In this document: in pieces, positions 20,038 through 29,565 of the stretch
Position numbering within the stretch: position 1 is the stretch's first letter
How the letters are laid out: the number at the start of each line of letters is the position of its first letter
Assembly: GCA_045563055.1 (NCBI GenBank)
Contig: JBJKUR010000008.1
Coordinates: 64,525 to 128,524, forward strand
Length of the DNA: 64,000 nt
DNA from: Alphaproteobacteria bacterium
Lineage (GTDB): Bacteria; Pseudomonadota; Alphaproteobacteria; Methylaequorales; Methylaequoraceae
Direction: 5' to 3'
Notes under the pieces: model-generated
Seen by the model: the letters and a program-made list of their open reading frames with translations, nothing else
The model's database searches: none
Told to the model about the DNA's origin: nothing
Position numbers and translations under genes: made by a program

Positions 20038-20901
20038 ATGGACAAGAAAATTTTAATCATTGGAAAGACAGGTTTATTGGCAAAAAGTATGATTAACTAT
20101 TTAAAGGGATTATCACAAAATATTGATATTTTCTCTCCTAATCATGGGCCTTATAAAATTGATATTACAAAGAAAGAAATGTTAATCGATGGTTTAAATG
20201 ATGTTAAACCAAGTCTAATTATAAATTGCTCTGGAAATGTTAATTTAGAATTTTGTGAGAAGTATCCTGAAAAAGCATGGAACTTAAATACTATTGCGGT
20301 TTTTAATATAATCAATTGGATTAAAGACAAAAAATGTAAGTACATCGGCATTTCAACAGATCAGTTATATAATCTAAATAATAGTACAGAAAATGATGAA
20401 ATCGTAATCAAAAATCAATATGCTGCATCAAAATATTGTTCTGAAAACATAGCACTAAGTTACAATAAATCACTTATTATAAGAACAAACATTATTGGTT
20501 TTAGAGGCCAAAAAGATCTAACATTTTTTGAATGGATTTTAGATTCAATAAAAAAAAATAAAAAAATAAAACTCTTTCATGATTATTACACATCATCAAT
20601 TGACGTAAACTCTTTCTCCAGAATTTTGATTGACCTTTATAAAACAGGATATAGTGGTTTGGTAAATGTAGGATCAAGAGAGTATATTTCTAAAGCTGAC
20701 TTCATAAAGAGAGTTTCTACAAAAATGGGTTTTTCGGATGAAAATTTTAGTAATTCAACAGTTGATAATTTACCTATACAAAGATCAAAAAATTGTGGTA
20801 TGAACGTTAGTAAAGCTGAGGAATTGTTAAATTATAAAATGCCAACAATTGATGAAGTTATTGAATCACTATTGAAAGAAGTAGATGAAAAAACAATATA
20901 A
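20038..20901 (+). CDS. RmlD-like NAD(P)-dependent sugar reductase/epimerase (SDR)
   Basis: ILIIGKTGLLAKSM (glycine-rich), the YAASKYCSE YxxxK motif, and a length typical of RmlD-substrate-binding-domain proteins. Confidence 0.7.
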   Translation: MDKKILIIGKTGLLAKSMINYLKGLSQNIDIFSPNHGPYKIDITKKEMLIDGLNDVKPSLIINCSGNVNLEFCEKYPEKAWNLNTIAVFNIINWIKDKKCKYIGISTDQLYNLNNSTENDEIVIKNQYAASKYCSENIALSYNKSLIIRTNIIGFRGQKDLTFFEWILDSIKKNKKIKLFHDYYTSSIDVNSFSRILIDLYKTGYSGLVNVGSREYISKADFIKRVSTKMGFSDENFSNSTVDNLPIQRSKNCGMNVSKAEELLNYKMPTIDEVIESLLKEVDEKTI

Positions 20902-21967
20902 AAGTGAGTTTAAAATAAGAAAATTCAAAATTTCTAATGTTTCTGATGTTTATTTTATTGCTGACATTGCTGCAAATCACGATGGGAGTCTTTTTAGAGC
21001 AAAGAAGTTAATTAAATTAGCAAAAGAATCTGGAGCCCATTGTGCAAAGTTTCAACATTTCTTACCTGAAAGAATTATATCTGATACTGGTTTTACAGGG
21101 AAAAAACTAAAAGTATCACATCAGGAAAAGTGGGATGATTCAGTTTTTAACATTTATAAGAAATATCATACACCAAGGAAATGGACGGAGGAATTAATTT
21201 CATGCTGTATAAAAAATGACATAGATTTCATGACAACACCCTATGATTATGAAGCAGTTGAAACTTTAAATAAATACCTAAAAGCATTTAAGATCGGATC
21301 AGGAGATTTAACATTCAAAGATCTAATAGTTAAAATAGCAAAAAAAAAAAAACCAATATTTCTAGCTTGTGGTGCATCTAACGAAACAGAAGTTTTTGAA
21401 TCAGTAGAAGAGATATTAAAATATAATGATAAAATATGTCTTATGCAATGTAATACAAATTATACCGCTAATACGAATAATATGAAATATCAGAATTTGA
21501 ATGTTTTAAAGAGGTTTGCATCAATTTGGCCAAATATGCCTTTAGGTTTATCTGATCATACTTTTGGACATGAAGCGGTTTTGGGGGCTATTGCATTGGG
21601 CGCAAGAGCGATAGAAAAACACTTTACAGATGACAATGATAGAAATGGTCCTGATCATAAATTTGCAATGAATCCAAAGACCTGGACTTCAATGGTTGAA
21701 AGTTCAAAAAAACTTTTAGATGCTTTAGGATCAGATAAAAAAGAAATATGCAAAAATGAAGCAGAAACTGTTATCATTCAGAGAAGAGCAATAAGAACGA
21801 AATTTGATTTAGATAAAAACGAAAAAATTAGTTACGATAATATTGAATTCTTAAGACCTTGTCCTAAAAATGCACTGGGGCCAAACAAAGTCGATAAAAT
21901 TATTGGGAAAAAGTTAAATAAAAAGAAGAGACAAGGAGAGGAGTTATATCTAAAAGATTTAATTTAG
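20885..21967 (+). CDS. N-acetylneuraminate-synthase family enzyme (nonulosonic acid synthase), copy 2
   Basis: YFIADIAANHDGSLFRAKKLIKLAKESGAHCAKFQHF, ..LSDHT.. and ..GPDHKFAM.. with a C-terminal SAF-like domain. Confidence 0.85.
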   Translation: MKKQYKSEFKIRKFKISNVSDVYFIADIAANHDGSLFRAKKLIKLAKESGAHCAKFQHFLPERIISDTGFTGKKLKVSHQEKWDDSVFNIYKKYHTPRKWTEELISCCIKNDIDFMTTPYDYEAVETLNKYLKAFKIGSGDLTFKDLIVKIAKKKKPIFLACGASNETEVFESVEEILKYNDKICLMQCNTNYTANTNNMKYQNLNVLKRFASIWPNMPLGLSDHTFGHEAVLGAIALGARAIEKHFTDDNDRNGPDHKFAMNPKTWTSMVESSKKLLDALGSDKKEICKNEAETVIIQRRAIRTKFDLDKNEKISYDNIEFLRPCPKNALGPNKVDKIIGKKLNKKKRQGEELYLKDLI

Positions 21968-21972
21968 CAATT

Positions 21973-22584
21973 TTGATTGTTGCAAAAAATGAAGAGGATA
22001 CGATTGGAAACATTGTAGATAATTGCAAACCATACGGTAAAGTCTTTGTTGTTAACGACAACTCAACTGATTCAACCCTAACAATTTTGAGAAAAAAAAA
22101 GATTAATATTGTTACGAATAGAAAATCACTCGGATATGGATGCTCGGTTTTAAAAGGAATAAAAGAGATAGTTTTAAAAAAATTTACTCATCTTGTGATG
22201 CTGGATGCTGATGGTGAGCATAATCCTAAATATATAAAAGAATTTATTAAAAAGTTGAAAGATAAGGAAGTTTTAGTCTTAGGTGTAAGACAAAAAATTT
22301 ATAGATTTTCAGAGAAGATTTTTGTGTTTTATTATAAATGGAAATTTGGAGTTTCTGATATGCTATGTGGGATGAGAGGCTTTGATTTAAAAATTATAGA
22401 AAAAAGGTATTTAAAACTTAAAGATGATCTTGGTTTGAATTGGATTATGTACTATTTAAAAACAAATTTAAAATTTTGTGAACTTCAAGTGTCAGGAAAA
22501 AAAAGATTTAATAATCCTAGGTTTGGTAATATGATACGAGCAAATTTTAAAATACTTAGTTACCTATCAAGAAATCTTCTATGA
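21973..22584 (+). CDS. short family-2 glycosyltransferase
   Basis: IVAKNEEDTIGNIVDN..VVNDNSTDST..MLDADGEH (DxD). The track start is TTG. The frame is open from 21922 with no ATG, so the true start is uncertain. Confidence 0.6.
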   Translation: MIVAKNEEDTIGNIVDNCKPYGKVFVVNDNSTDSTLTILRKKKINIVTNRKSLGYGCSVLKGIKEIVLKKFTHLVMLDADGEHNPKYIKEFIKKLKDKEVLVLGVRQKIYRFSEKIFVFYYKWKFGVSDMLCGMRGFDLKIIEKRYLKLKDDLGLNWIMYYLKTNLKFCELQVSGKKRFNNPRFGNMIRANFKILSYLSRNLL

Positions 22585-23222
22585 AAAAGAAATTTAAGAC
22601 ATCACAAGAACTATTTTGGTCAACAGATTTTGGAAATGACTATATAGTAAGAAATTCTGATCAGTTATTAAAGAAATCAAACGATAATTTTTTTAAAAAA
22701 ATTTTTGGAGAAAATAGAAATATTTCAAGTTGTTTAGAGGTAGGTGCTAATATTGGACTAAATTTAATTTCGTTAAAAAAGATCTTTAAGAAGCAAGACC
22801 AATATGCAATAGAAATAAATTCTCAAGCATGCAAAAAATTATATAAAATTTTACCAAAAGAAAATATTTACAATGGATCAGTTTTAGATTTCAATATTGA
22901 TAATTCAGAATTTAGCTGTAAAAAATTTGAATTAGTCTTATCAAAAACATTTTTAATTCATATTAATCCTAATTTTATTAATAATGTTTACGATAAATTA
23001 TTTTTATTATCCAGAAAATATATATTGATTTGTGAATATTTTAACCCGGAGCCCGTTGATGTGATTTATAGAGGTCATAAAAAAAAATTATTTAAAAGAG
23101 ATTTCGCTTTTGAGATGATTAAAAGGTTTAATTTGAAATTGAATAGTTATGGTTTTGCCTATCATCTAGATGAAGAATTTCCTCAAGATAATATTAATTG
23201 GTTTTTGTTAGAAAAAAATTAA
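22581..23222 (+). CDS. SAM-methyltransferase, resembling pseudaminic-acid-biosynthesis-associated methylase
   Basis: N-terminal QELFWSTDFGNDYIVRN followed by LEVGANIGLNL (motif I). The family assignment is from memory of the TIGR03587-type N-terminus. Confidence 0.5.
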   Translation: MKKKFKTSQELFWSTDFGNDYIVRNSDQLLKKSNDNFFKKIFGENRNISSCLEVGANIGLNLISLKKIFKKQDQYAIEINSQACKKLYKILPKENIYNGSVLDFNIDNSEFSCKKFELVLSKTFLIHINPNFINNVYDKLFLLSRKYILICEYFNPEPVDVIYRGHKKKLFKRDFAFEMIKRFNLKLNSYGFAYHLDEEFPQDNINWFLLEKN

Positions 23223-23911
23223 TGTTTGCATATATACCAGCGAGAATTGGCTCAAGGAGAATTAAAGAAAAGAATATATACAAGGTGGATGGTATTCCTA
23301 TGATAAAACATGTTATAGGAAATCTTAAAAAACTAAGTTTTATAAATGGTGTATATGTGTCAACGGATTCACATAAAATTAGGAAAATTGTTGAAGTGCT
23401 TGATGTAAGCGTATTATCTCTCAGAGATAAAAAATTATCAGGCGATCAAGCGACATTTATGGATTTAATAAAAAAGGATATACCTAGATTTGCAGATCAT
23501 ACTAAATGTAATGATATTTTATTTGTACTTCCTACAGCAATACTTGTGCCGCCCGAGGTTTATAATGATGCATATAAGAAGTATAAAAAATTAAAACCTG
23601 AAATTCTCATTGCGACAGAGAAAATTACCAATCCAATTTGGTGGGCTATGGAAATTAAAAAAAATTATTTGCATCCGATTTTTAAGGATAAAGTTTCAGT
23701 CGATTCTTCTAAGTTAAAGCCAGCATATTCAGATGCTGGTCTATTTTATTTTTTTAATCAAAAAAAAGTAGCTAAATATGTTTCACATAAAAATGCCAGA
23801 AAAATATTACCTTATATGATCAATTCTAATTACACATGTGACTTAAATACCGTGAGTGATTTAGAGTATCTAATTTATAAATATAAACTTTTAAAATCAA
23901 AATCACCATAA
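23222..23911 (+). CDS. nonulosonate cytidylyltransferase, copy 2 (PseF/NeuA-like)
   Basis: MFAYIPARIGSRRIKEKNIYKVDGIPMIKHVI. I use ATG 23222, which overlaps the upstream stop (TAATG). The track extends to 23198. Confidence 0.75.
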   Translation: MFAYIPARIGSRRIKEKNIYKVDGIPMIKHVIGNLKKLSFINGVYVSTDSHKIRKIVEVLDVSVLSLRDKKLSGDQATFMDLIKKDIPRFADHTKCNDILFVLPTAILVPPEVYNDAYKKYKKLKPEILIATEKITNPIWWAMEIKKNYLHPIFKDKVSVDSSKLKPAYSDAGLFYFFNQKKVAKYVSHKNARKILPYMINSNYTCDLNTVSDLEYLIYKYKLLKSKSP

Positions 23912-23921
23912 GTAATTTTGA

Positions 23922-25799
23922 TTGATGCACAAGTATAGACCAGATATCGATGGATTACGTGCATTAGCTGTTTATTCAGTAATTATTTTTCACTTACAGC
24001 TTGATCTCGCCTTTAACTTTAAATTAACAGGAGGGTTCATTGGAGTGGACATTTTTTTTGTAATTTCTGGATATTTGATCTCATCAATAATTTTTAGTGA
24101 GATTGATAAAAATAAGTTTTCAATAACTAGTTTTTACAATAGGAGAGCGAGGAGGATTCTTCCAGTCTACATATTAATTAGCATAGTAAGCAGTCTTTTT
24201 TCCTTTATTATCTTTTTACCTGGTGATCTTCTTGAATATTCAAAGAGTTTACTAAGTAGTATCTTTTTTTCTTCCAATTTCTTTTTCTGGAAGAATACAG
24301 GTTATTTTTTTGATGATAACGAGTTGAAGCCACTGATTCATACCTGGTCTTTATCTGTTGAGGAGCAGTTTTATATAATTTTCCCGATATGTTTATTAAT
24401 CGTTTTGAAATACTTTAAGAAGCTTATTCTTTCCCTTTTAATCACAATATTTTTGATAAGCTTAATTGTAGCACAAATTGAATCAAGCCAGGGAAGTGCA
24501 GGTTCATTTTTCCTTTTACCAACAAGAGCTTGGGAACTGATTGCAGGAGTTCTATGTTGTTTATACTTGAGACAAAAGAAAAATGAAGTGAATTTTTTTG
24601 TTAAAGATCTTTTATCATTCTCAGGGTTAATAATTATATTTTTATCAATTTACTTCTTTAATGAGAACTTTTCACACCCTGGACTAGTAACATTATTTCC
24701 TGTAGCTGCGACAATGTTGATAATAATATTTGGTGAGGAAAATACCTTAACTAACAAAGTTTTAAGTAATAAGGTTCTCGTTTTCAATGGTTTGATCAGT
24801 TACAGCCTTTATATGTGGCATCAACCATTTATAGCCTTTTTGAATTATTATAAAGATAGTGTCTCTCAGTTAGAAAACGTTATTCTAATTCTCATTATTT
24901 TTATATCTTCTATTTTAAGCTGGAAGTTTATTGAGAAACCTGCTCGAGACATCTCAATCATAAACAACAAACTTTACTATAAATTACTGACTTTCATGAT
25001 ACTAACACTACTATTAATCTCCTTGTATGGGATTAAAAGCAAAGGGCTTATCCATAAATATGAAGAAAGTGATCATCATTTGTTGTCTAATGATAATCAA
25101 TATGGGAGTTATGTCTGGAAAAATTCTGCTAAATTTAAAAATAAATTACTTAACGAAAACTTGGAAAAAAATATACTTATCATTGGTGATAGTTTCTCAC
25201 AAGATATTCTAAATTCATTTTTAGAAAACGATGTTTTGAGAAAAAATGAGTTCTCGTGGTCTGGTATAAATACAGGTTGTAAAAAGTCGATTAAAGATAT
25301 TAAATGCTTAAACGACAACCTTAACAAAAATAAAATCTTAATAAAAAATACTGAAAATGCAAATTTAATTCTACTTTCTTTGTCATGGACAGATAAAAAT
25401 TTTGAGGATCTTACTGAATTAAAAGAATCAGGAAAATATGATCACTTTTTTAAAAAGTTAATTATTATTGGTTCAAAAAATTTTGAAAAATTTAGTAAGA
25501 AAAAAAGAAAAACACTTTTAGGATTCTCAAAAGATGAAAGAATAAAGATTCACAATAAACTTGATATTCCTTTTATTAAAAGAAATCAAAATATGGAGGA
25601 GTACTTTGGAAAGAAAAACTTTATTAGTCTGATTGATATATTTTGTGATCTAAAAAAATATTGCAAAACTTTTAGTAAAAATAATAGACTTATCTCATAC
25701 GATGGCTCTCATCTTACTAAGGAGGGGGCTATTTATTTAGGAGAAAAATTAGCTGAAAATGAAATTATACAAAGAAGATTATTAAATTCTAATCGTTAG
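23922..25799 (+). CDS. acyltransferase-3 (OatA-like) O-acyltransferase with C-terminal SGNH domain
   Basis: YRPDIDGLRALAVYSVIIFH.., about 10 TM helices, then LIIGDSFSQD (SGNH block I) and ..YDGSHLT.. (block V). Confidence 0.85.
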   Translation: MMHKYRPDIDGLRALAVYSVIIFHLQLDLAFNFKLTGGFIGVDIFFVISGYLISSIIFSEIDKNKFSITSFYNRRARRILPVYILISIVSSLFSFIIFLPGDLLEYSKSLLSSIFFSSNFFFWKNTGYFFDDNELKPLIHTWSLSVEEQFYIIFPICLLIVLKYFKKLILSLLITIFLISLIVAQIESSQGSAGSFFLLPTRAWELIAGVLCCLYLRQKKNEVNFFVKDLLSFSGLIIIFLSIYFFNENFSHPGLVTLFPVAATMLIIIFGEENTLTNKVLSNKVLVFNGLISYSLYMWHQPFIAFLNYYKDSVSQLENVILILIIFISSILSWKFIEKPARDISIINNKLYYKLLTFMILTLLLISLYGIKSKGLIHKYEESDHHLLSNDNQYGSYVWKNSAKFKNKLLNENLEKNILIIGDSFSQDILNSFLENDVLRKNEFSWSGINTGCKKSIKDIKCLNDNLNKNKILIKNTENANLILLSLSWTDKNFEDLTELKESGKYDHFFKKLIIIGSKNFEKFSKKKRKTLLGFSKDERIKIHNKLDIPFIKRNQNMEEYFGKKNFISLIDIFCDLKKYCKTFSKNNRLISYDGSHLTKEGAIYLGEKLAENEIIQRRLLNSNR

Positions 25800-26199
25800 A
25801 TTCCCAACAAACTAAAGTCGTTTTATTTTTCATGATTAAATGAGAAGGCGGAAAGAATTCAAAAAAACTTTTGTTAGCCTTCTTTAAATTAAATTTTACG
25901 TGGTAAAAAAAATAGGTCGTGTCAATTGGGCTTGTTTTCTTTTCAATAAGAGCTGTTTCATTATTAGAATTTGTTCTATTATCCTTTTGAAAAACTTTTA
26001 GGAGTATTTCTTTTTCTGTGAATAACTTTTCAAAACTTGGGACAGTAAATTGAAAAAGAGGACCAGTCTCGTCTGCACAAGTTATTATTTTTTCATCAAA
26101 CGTTTTTGCTTTAATTTGAGAAAAAATATAAAAACAAATTATTGATACTGTAATTAAAATCTTTTTTTTAATATTTACACCGTTTTTTAAATTTATCAT
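25789..26199 (-). CDS. hypothetical secreted protein
   Basis: 136 aa with an N-terminal hydrophobic signal-like helix (ILITVSIICFYIFSQIKA). No known motif. Confidence 0.4.
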   Translation of the reverse strand: MINLKNGVNIKKKILITVSIICFYIFSQIKAKTFDEKIITCADETGPLFQFTVPSFEKLFTEKEILLKVFQKDNRTNSNNETALIEKKTSPIDTTYFFYHVKFNLKKANKSFFEFFPPSHLIMKNKTTLVCWESND

Positions 26200-26238
26200 T
26201 CATTTTCCTATTTTAATTCATGCTATAATTGTATATTT

Positions 26239-28277
26239 TTAATTGTGCTGAAACCACTTCATATTATATATTTTTTCTCCTAAATATTTTGCACCTTTGA
26301 GAGTATAATGACCATAATCATAATATATTTTATATCCATCGGTCGTGAAGGCATCACATGAGCTATTATCTTCATCACAAAGAAAATCCTGTTTCTTTAA
26401 GTATTTTATTTTATATTTTTTTGCAATCTCCGATAACTGAACGTTAATATCTTCATATTCACCAACCATTCTTTTTTTATACATTATTTTCTTCCAGTTT
26501 CTTTCTTATCCTCTCATATTGAACTTCATCTTTATTCTTGAATATTTCTAAGAGCTGTTATATCTACCTGAGTTCTCAACGGAGACTTCCAATGTTTCAG
26601 ATATTCATTCGGTTCTGGATAGCAAGAATAACTTGTTTTTACTATACTTTCTCTAAATAGTCTATAAAGTTTCGGTAAGGCTTCCACCTCATCCTGCAAG
26701 AATCGATCAGCAATTATTATTATCTCAGACTCAATAAAGTTCTTATTTGATGATAATAAATTTTTCACTGATTTTTTATCTTCTTCTTTTACATCAGAAT
26801 GAAAGGTTCCGATTGATAGAGCTGTATCATTATCATATCCCAGTCGTCTAAACTGATAGTTTGGAAATAGATCTGTATTCTGGTAAAAGCAATTAAAAAT
26901 ATCTTTTGAGTGACCATCACCCACAATCAGTATTTTAGTTTTTTTATTGTCCTCAAAGGGTCTAAACCCTTTCAAATACTTCCAACTTTCATCATTCAAG
27001 AAGTCATTATCAAACTCGATTGTTCCATAAAACTTTGAAAGATGATCAAATCTGGTTTTATAACCGTTATTTTTTAAAATTAAGATATTGGAAGCGAGTA
27101 TTAATAAAGAAGTAAATATTAATGATTTTAATAGAATACTTTTATTAATTATACTTCTATTCCTAAAGGGTCTTTCAATACTAAAATATGACAAAACTGA
27201 TAAGAAGATGGCTAATGTGACCCACATAATTTTATTGAAGCTTGATACTTCATAACTTTGGTTAATTCTACCAAAGGCAAAAATAGGATAATGCCACAGA
27301 TATAATGAGTAGGATATTAACCCTATTCCCACCATTATTTTTTTTGATAGTAGTTTTCTGACAATATTTTCCTTACCTGTTGTAAAATGTATGATTAAGG
27401 ACACTCCCACCACTGGTAGTAATGTAAAGATCGATGGATGGAACATCTCATCATTATATAAAAATAGTGGAACTACTACGCAGATTAATCCTATGAGTGA
27501 GATCGTGGAGTTATGATTGTTGCTCTGATCGTTATTGATTTTATTCATTCCAATATATGCCAAACAAGATCCCAGAAGAAGTTCCCAAAATCTACTGGTC
27601 AAGAAATAGAAATCAAAAATAAATGTAGGAGCAATAAATTTAAAATTATCTTCAATATAAGGAGGAGACAACTTTAAGTTACCAGTAAAGTGTATGAGAC
27701 AAAGATTAATAACAATAGCTAAAGCCAGTAATTTAAAAATATAGTTTTTAAAATACTTGTATAGAAGGATTAAAATAACAGGAAATATAATATAGTACTG
27801 CTCTTCAACTGCAAGAGACCATGTATGGAGCAGAGGTTTGAAAAGGGAGCTAACGGCCTGATACTCAGTCTCTGAGAGAAAAAAATAAAAATTAGAACTA
27901 AATCCTAAAGTATACAAAATTGACTTCGAAAGGTCTAAATAAGCTGAGGGAAATAATAAAAACCAGCCTACAATAAATGTACTTATGATTACCACTAATA
28001 AAATTGGTAGAATTCTTCTTGCTCGTCGTTCATAGAAAGCAAGAAATGAAAACTTTGAAGTTGCGTTCAACTCTTTGAGAATTATAGAAGTAATTAAATA
28101 CCCAGAGATAACAAAAAAGATATCAACTCCCAAAAAACCGCCACTTAGAATTGGAAAGTTTAAGAAATTAATCTGAAGATGATAAATAATTACACTAACA
28201 ACAGCAATGGCACGCAAACCATCAATCTCAGGTCTATAACTTAAAGTAAATCTAGAATTTGAAGTAGATGAAGTCAT
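26239..28277 (-). pseudogene. acyltransferase-3/SGNH O-acyltransferase, apparently split into two ORFs (26532..28277 and 26239..26484)
   Basis: The 581-aa ORF carries YRPEIDGLRAIAVVSVIIYH, the TM domain and SGNH block I (LIVGDGHSKD) but stops at 26532. The 81-aa ORF in another frame carries the missing C-terminal block (..YYDYGHYTLKGAKYLGEKIY), matching YDGSHLTKEGAIYLGEKL of the intact paralog. All three frames have stops between 26485 and 26560. Confidence 0.5.
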
Positions 28278-29565
28278 TAGAAGAATTTAAAAAAATTAAT
28301 ACAACATAAAACCATATACCAATAATCAATCCAAGATAAGTTTGTTTAAATTTCAATAGTTTCCTAGTAATTTTCTGAACTTCAGCGTTAAGTATTAGAA
28401 ATACTGAAGATAAAAGTATTACCAAGTCAATTTTTTGAATATTAAAGTAATATTTATAAGGTTGAATTGAATCATATAACTTCAAAATTTCATCAAAAGG
28501 GAAAATAAAAAAAATCCATCCAAAAGAAATTAAATTAAATGTTATGAAAATCTTGATATTTTTATTTAAGTTTAAATTCCATTTTCTTACTAGTAAAAAT
28601 ATTATTATTACTAAAAAGTGATAAATCCCCCAGCAGATAAAACTTAATCCTACCCCGTGCCATAAACCACAAATAATAAACACTACGAATAAACTTAATA
28701 AAATATTTTTATTCCCTCCAAGTGGAATATAGATATAGTCTCTAAACCAACTGGAGAGAGTGATATGCCATTTTCTCCAAAAATCCTGAGGGTTTATTGA
28801 TTTATAGGGGTTTCGGAAATTATTAGGCAATCGTATGCCAAAAAACAATCCTAGACTTATTGCACATAAAGAATAAGCGAAAAAATCTAAATATATTTGC
28901 AATGAATATGTATAACAAATTAAAAGAAAGTTTAAGATACCAAAGTCACTTTGAATAATTTTGTGTTTATTTACTATCTCTGCCAGATTATCTGCAAAAA
29001 TCACTTTTAATGATATTCCAATGAGAAATACTAAAGAACAAATTTTTAATCTATTAAATGAAGGTTTGAAAAGATTTAATTTTTTATAAAATATTTTTAC
29101 TTTGGAAATCCTGACTATAGGTCCAGCAATTAGTTGAGGAAAAAAGCTAATAAATAACATCAAATCTTTCAGTCCCAAAATCTCGCATCCCGGTTTGATT
29201 CTATCAAAACAATATGCAATCAATTGAAAAGTAAAAAAAGATACTCCTACTGTTACAATATTAAAATCATTATTAACCTCGAAAAATAGATTGCTATATT
29301 TAGCTATGATGAGAAAAAAAATAGGTGCCGAACATGCAATAGAGGCTCTTAAAACTGTGATTCTTTTTTTTTGGTATAGAATAAAATAAACCCAAAAGAC
29401 ATCTAAAATTAAAACTAAAAAATTCTCTATACCTACCATTAAATAAAAAAAAAGTGAAAAAAATACCAAAATTTTTTTTTTTTCAAGCCTTATTTGACGT
29501 TGTATTAGCGTCAATACTAATGTTGGTAAAAATAAAAAAATAAATGATATTGAATTAAATAGCAT
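28252..29565 (-). CDS. MBOAT-family membrane O-acyltransferase (AlgI/DltB-like)
   Basis: FWRKWHITLSSWFRDYIYIPLGGNK and ..GLWHG.. are the conserved MBOAT histidine motifs. Confidence 0.85.
   Translation of the reverse strand: MLFNSISFIFLFLPTLVLTLIQRQIRLEKKKILVFFSLFFYLMVGIENFLVLILDVFWVYFILYQKKRITVLRASIACSAPIFFLIIAKYSNLFFEVNNDFNIVTVGVSFFTFQLIAYCFDRIKPGCEILGLKDLMLFISFFPQLIAGPIVRISKVKIFYKKLNLFKPSFNRLKICSLVFLIGISLKVIFADNLAEIVNKHKIIQSDFGILNFLLICYTYSLQIYLDFFAYSLCAISLGLFFGIRLPNNFRNPYKSINPQDFWRKWHITLSSWFRDYIYIPLGGNKNILLSLFVVFIICGLWHGVGLSFICWGIYHFLVIIIFLLVRKWNLNLNKNIKIFITFNLISFGWIFFIFPFDEILKLYDSIQPYKYYFNIQKIDLVILLSSVFLILNAEVQKITRKLLKFKQTYLGLIIGIWFYVVLIFLNSSNDFIYFKF

Noticed and set aside
21340-21352. 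Long poly-A tracts (A12-A13) inside island genes (neuB copy 2 at 21340-21352, hisH-like at 14166-14177), considered as possible slipped-strand phase-variation switches.
   Set aside because: An equally long tract occurs in a core housekeeping gene (PduO adenosyltransferase, 53887-53898). All encode lysine runs (AAA codons) expected at this AT content, so there is no specific enrichment I can demonstrate by eye.
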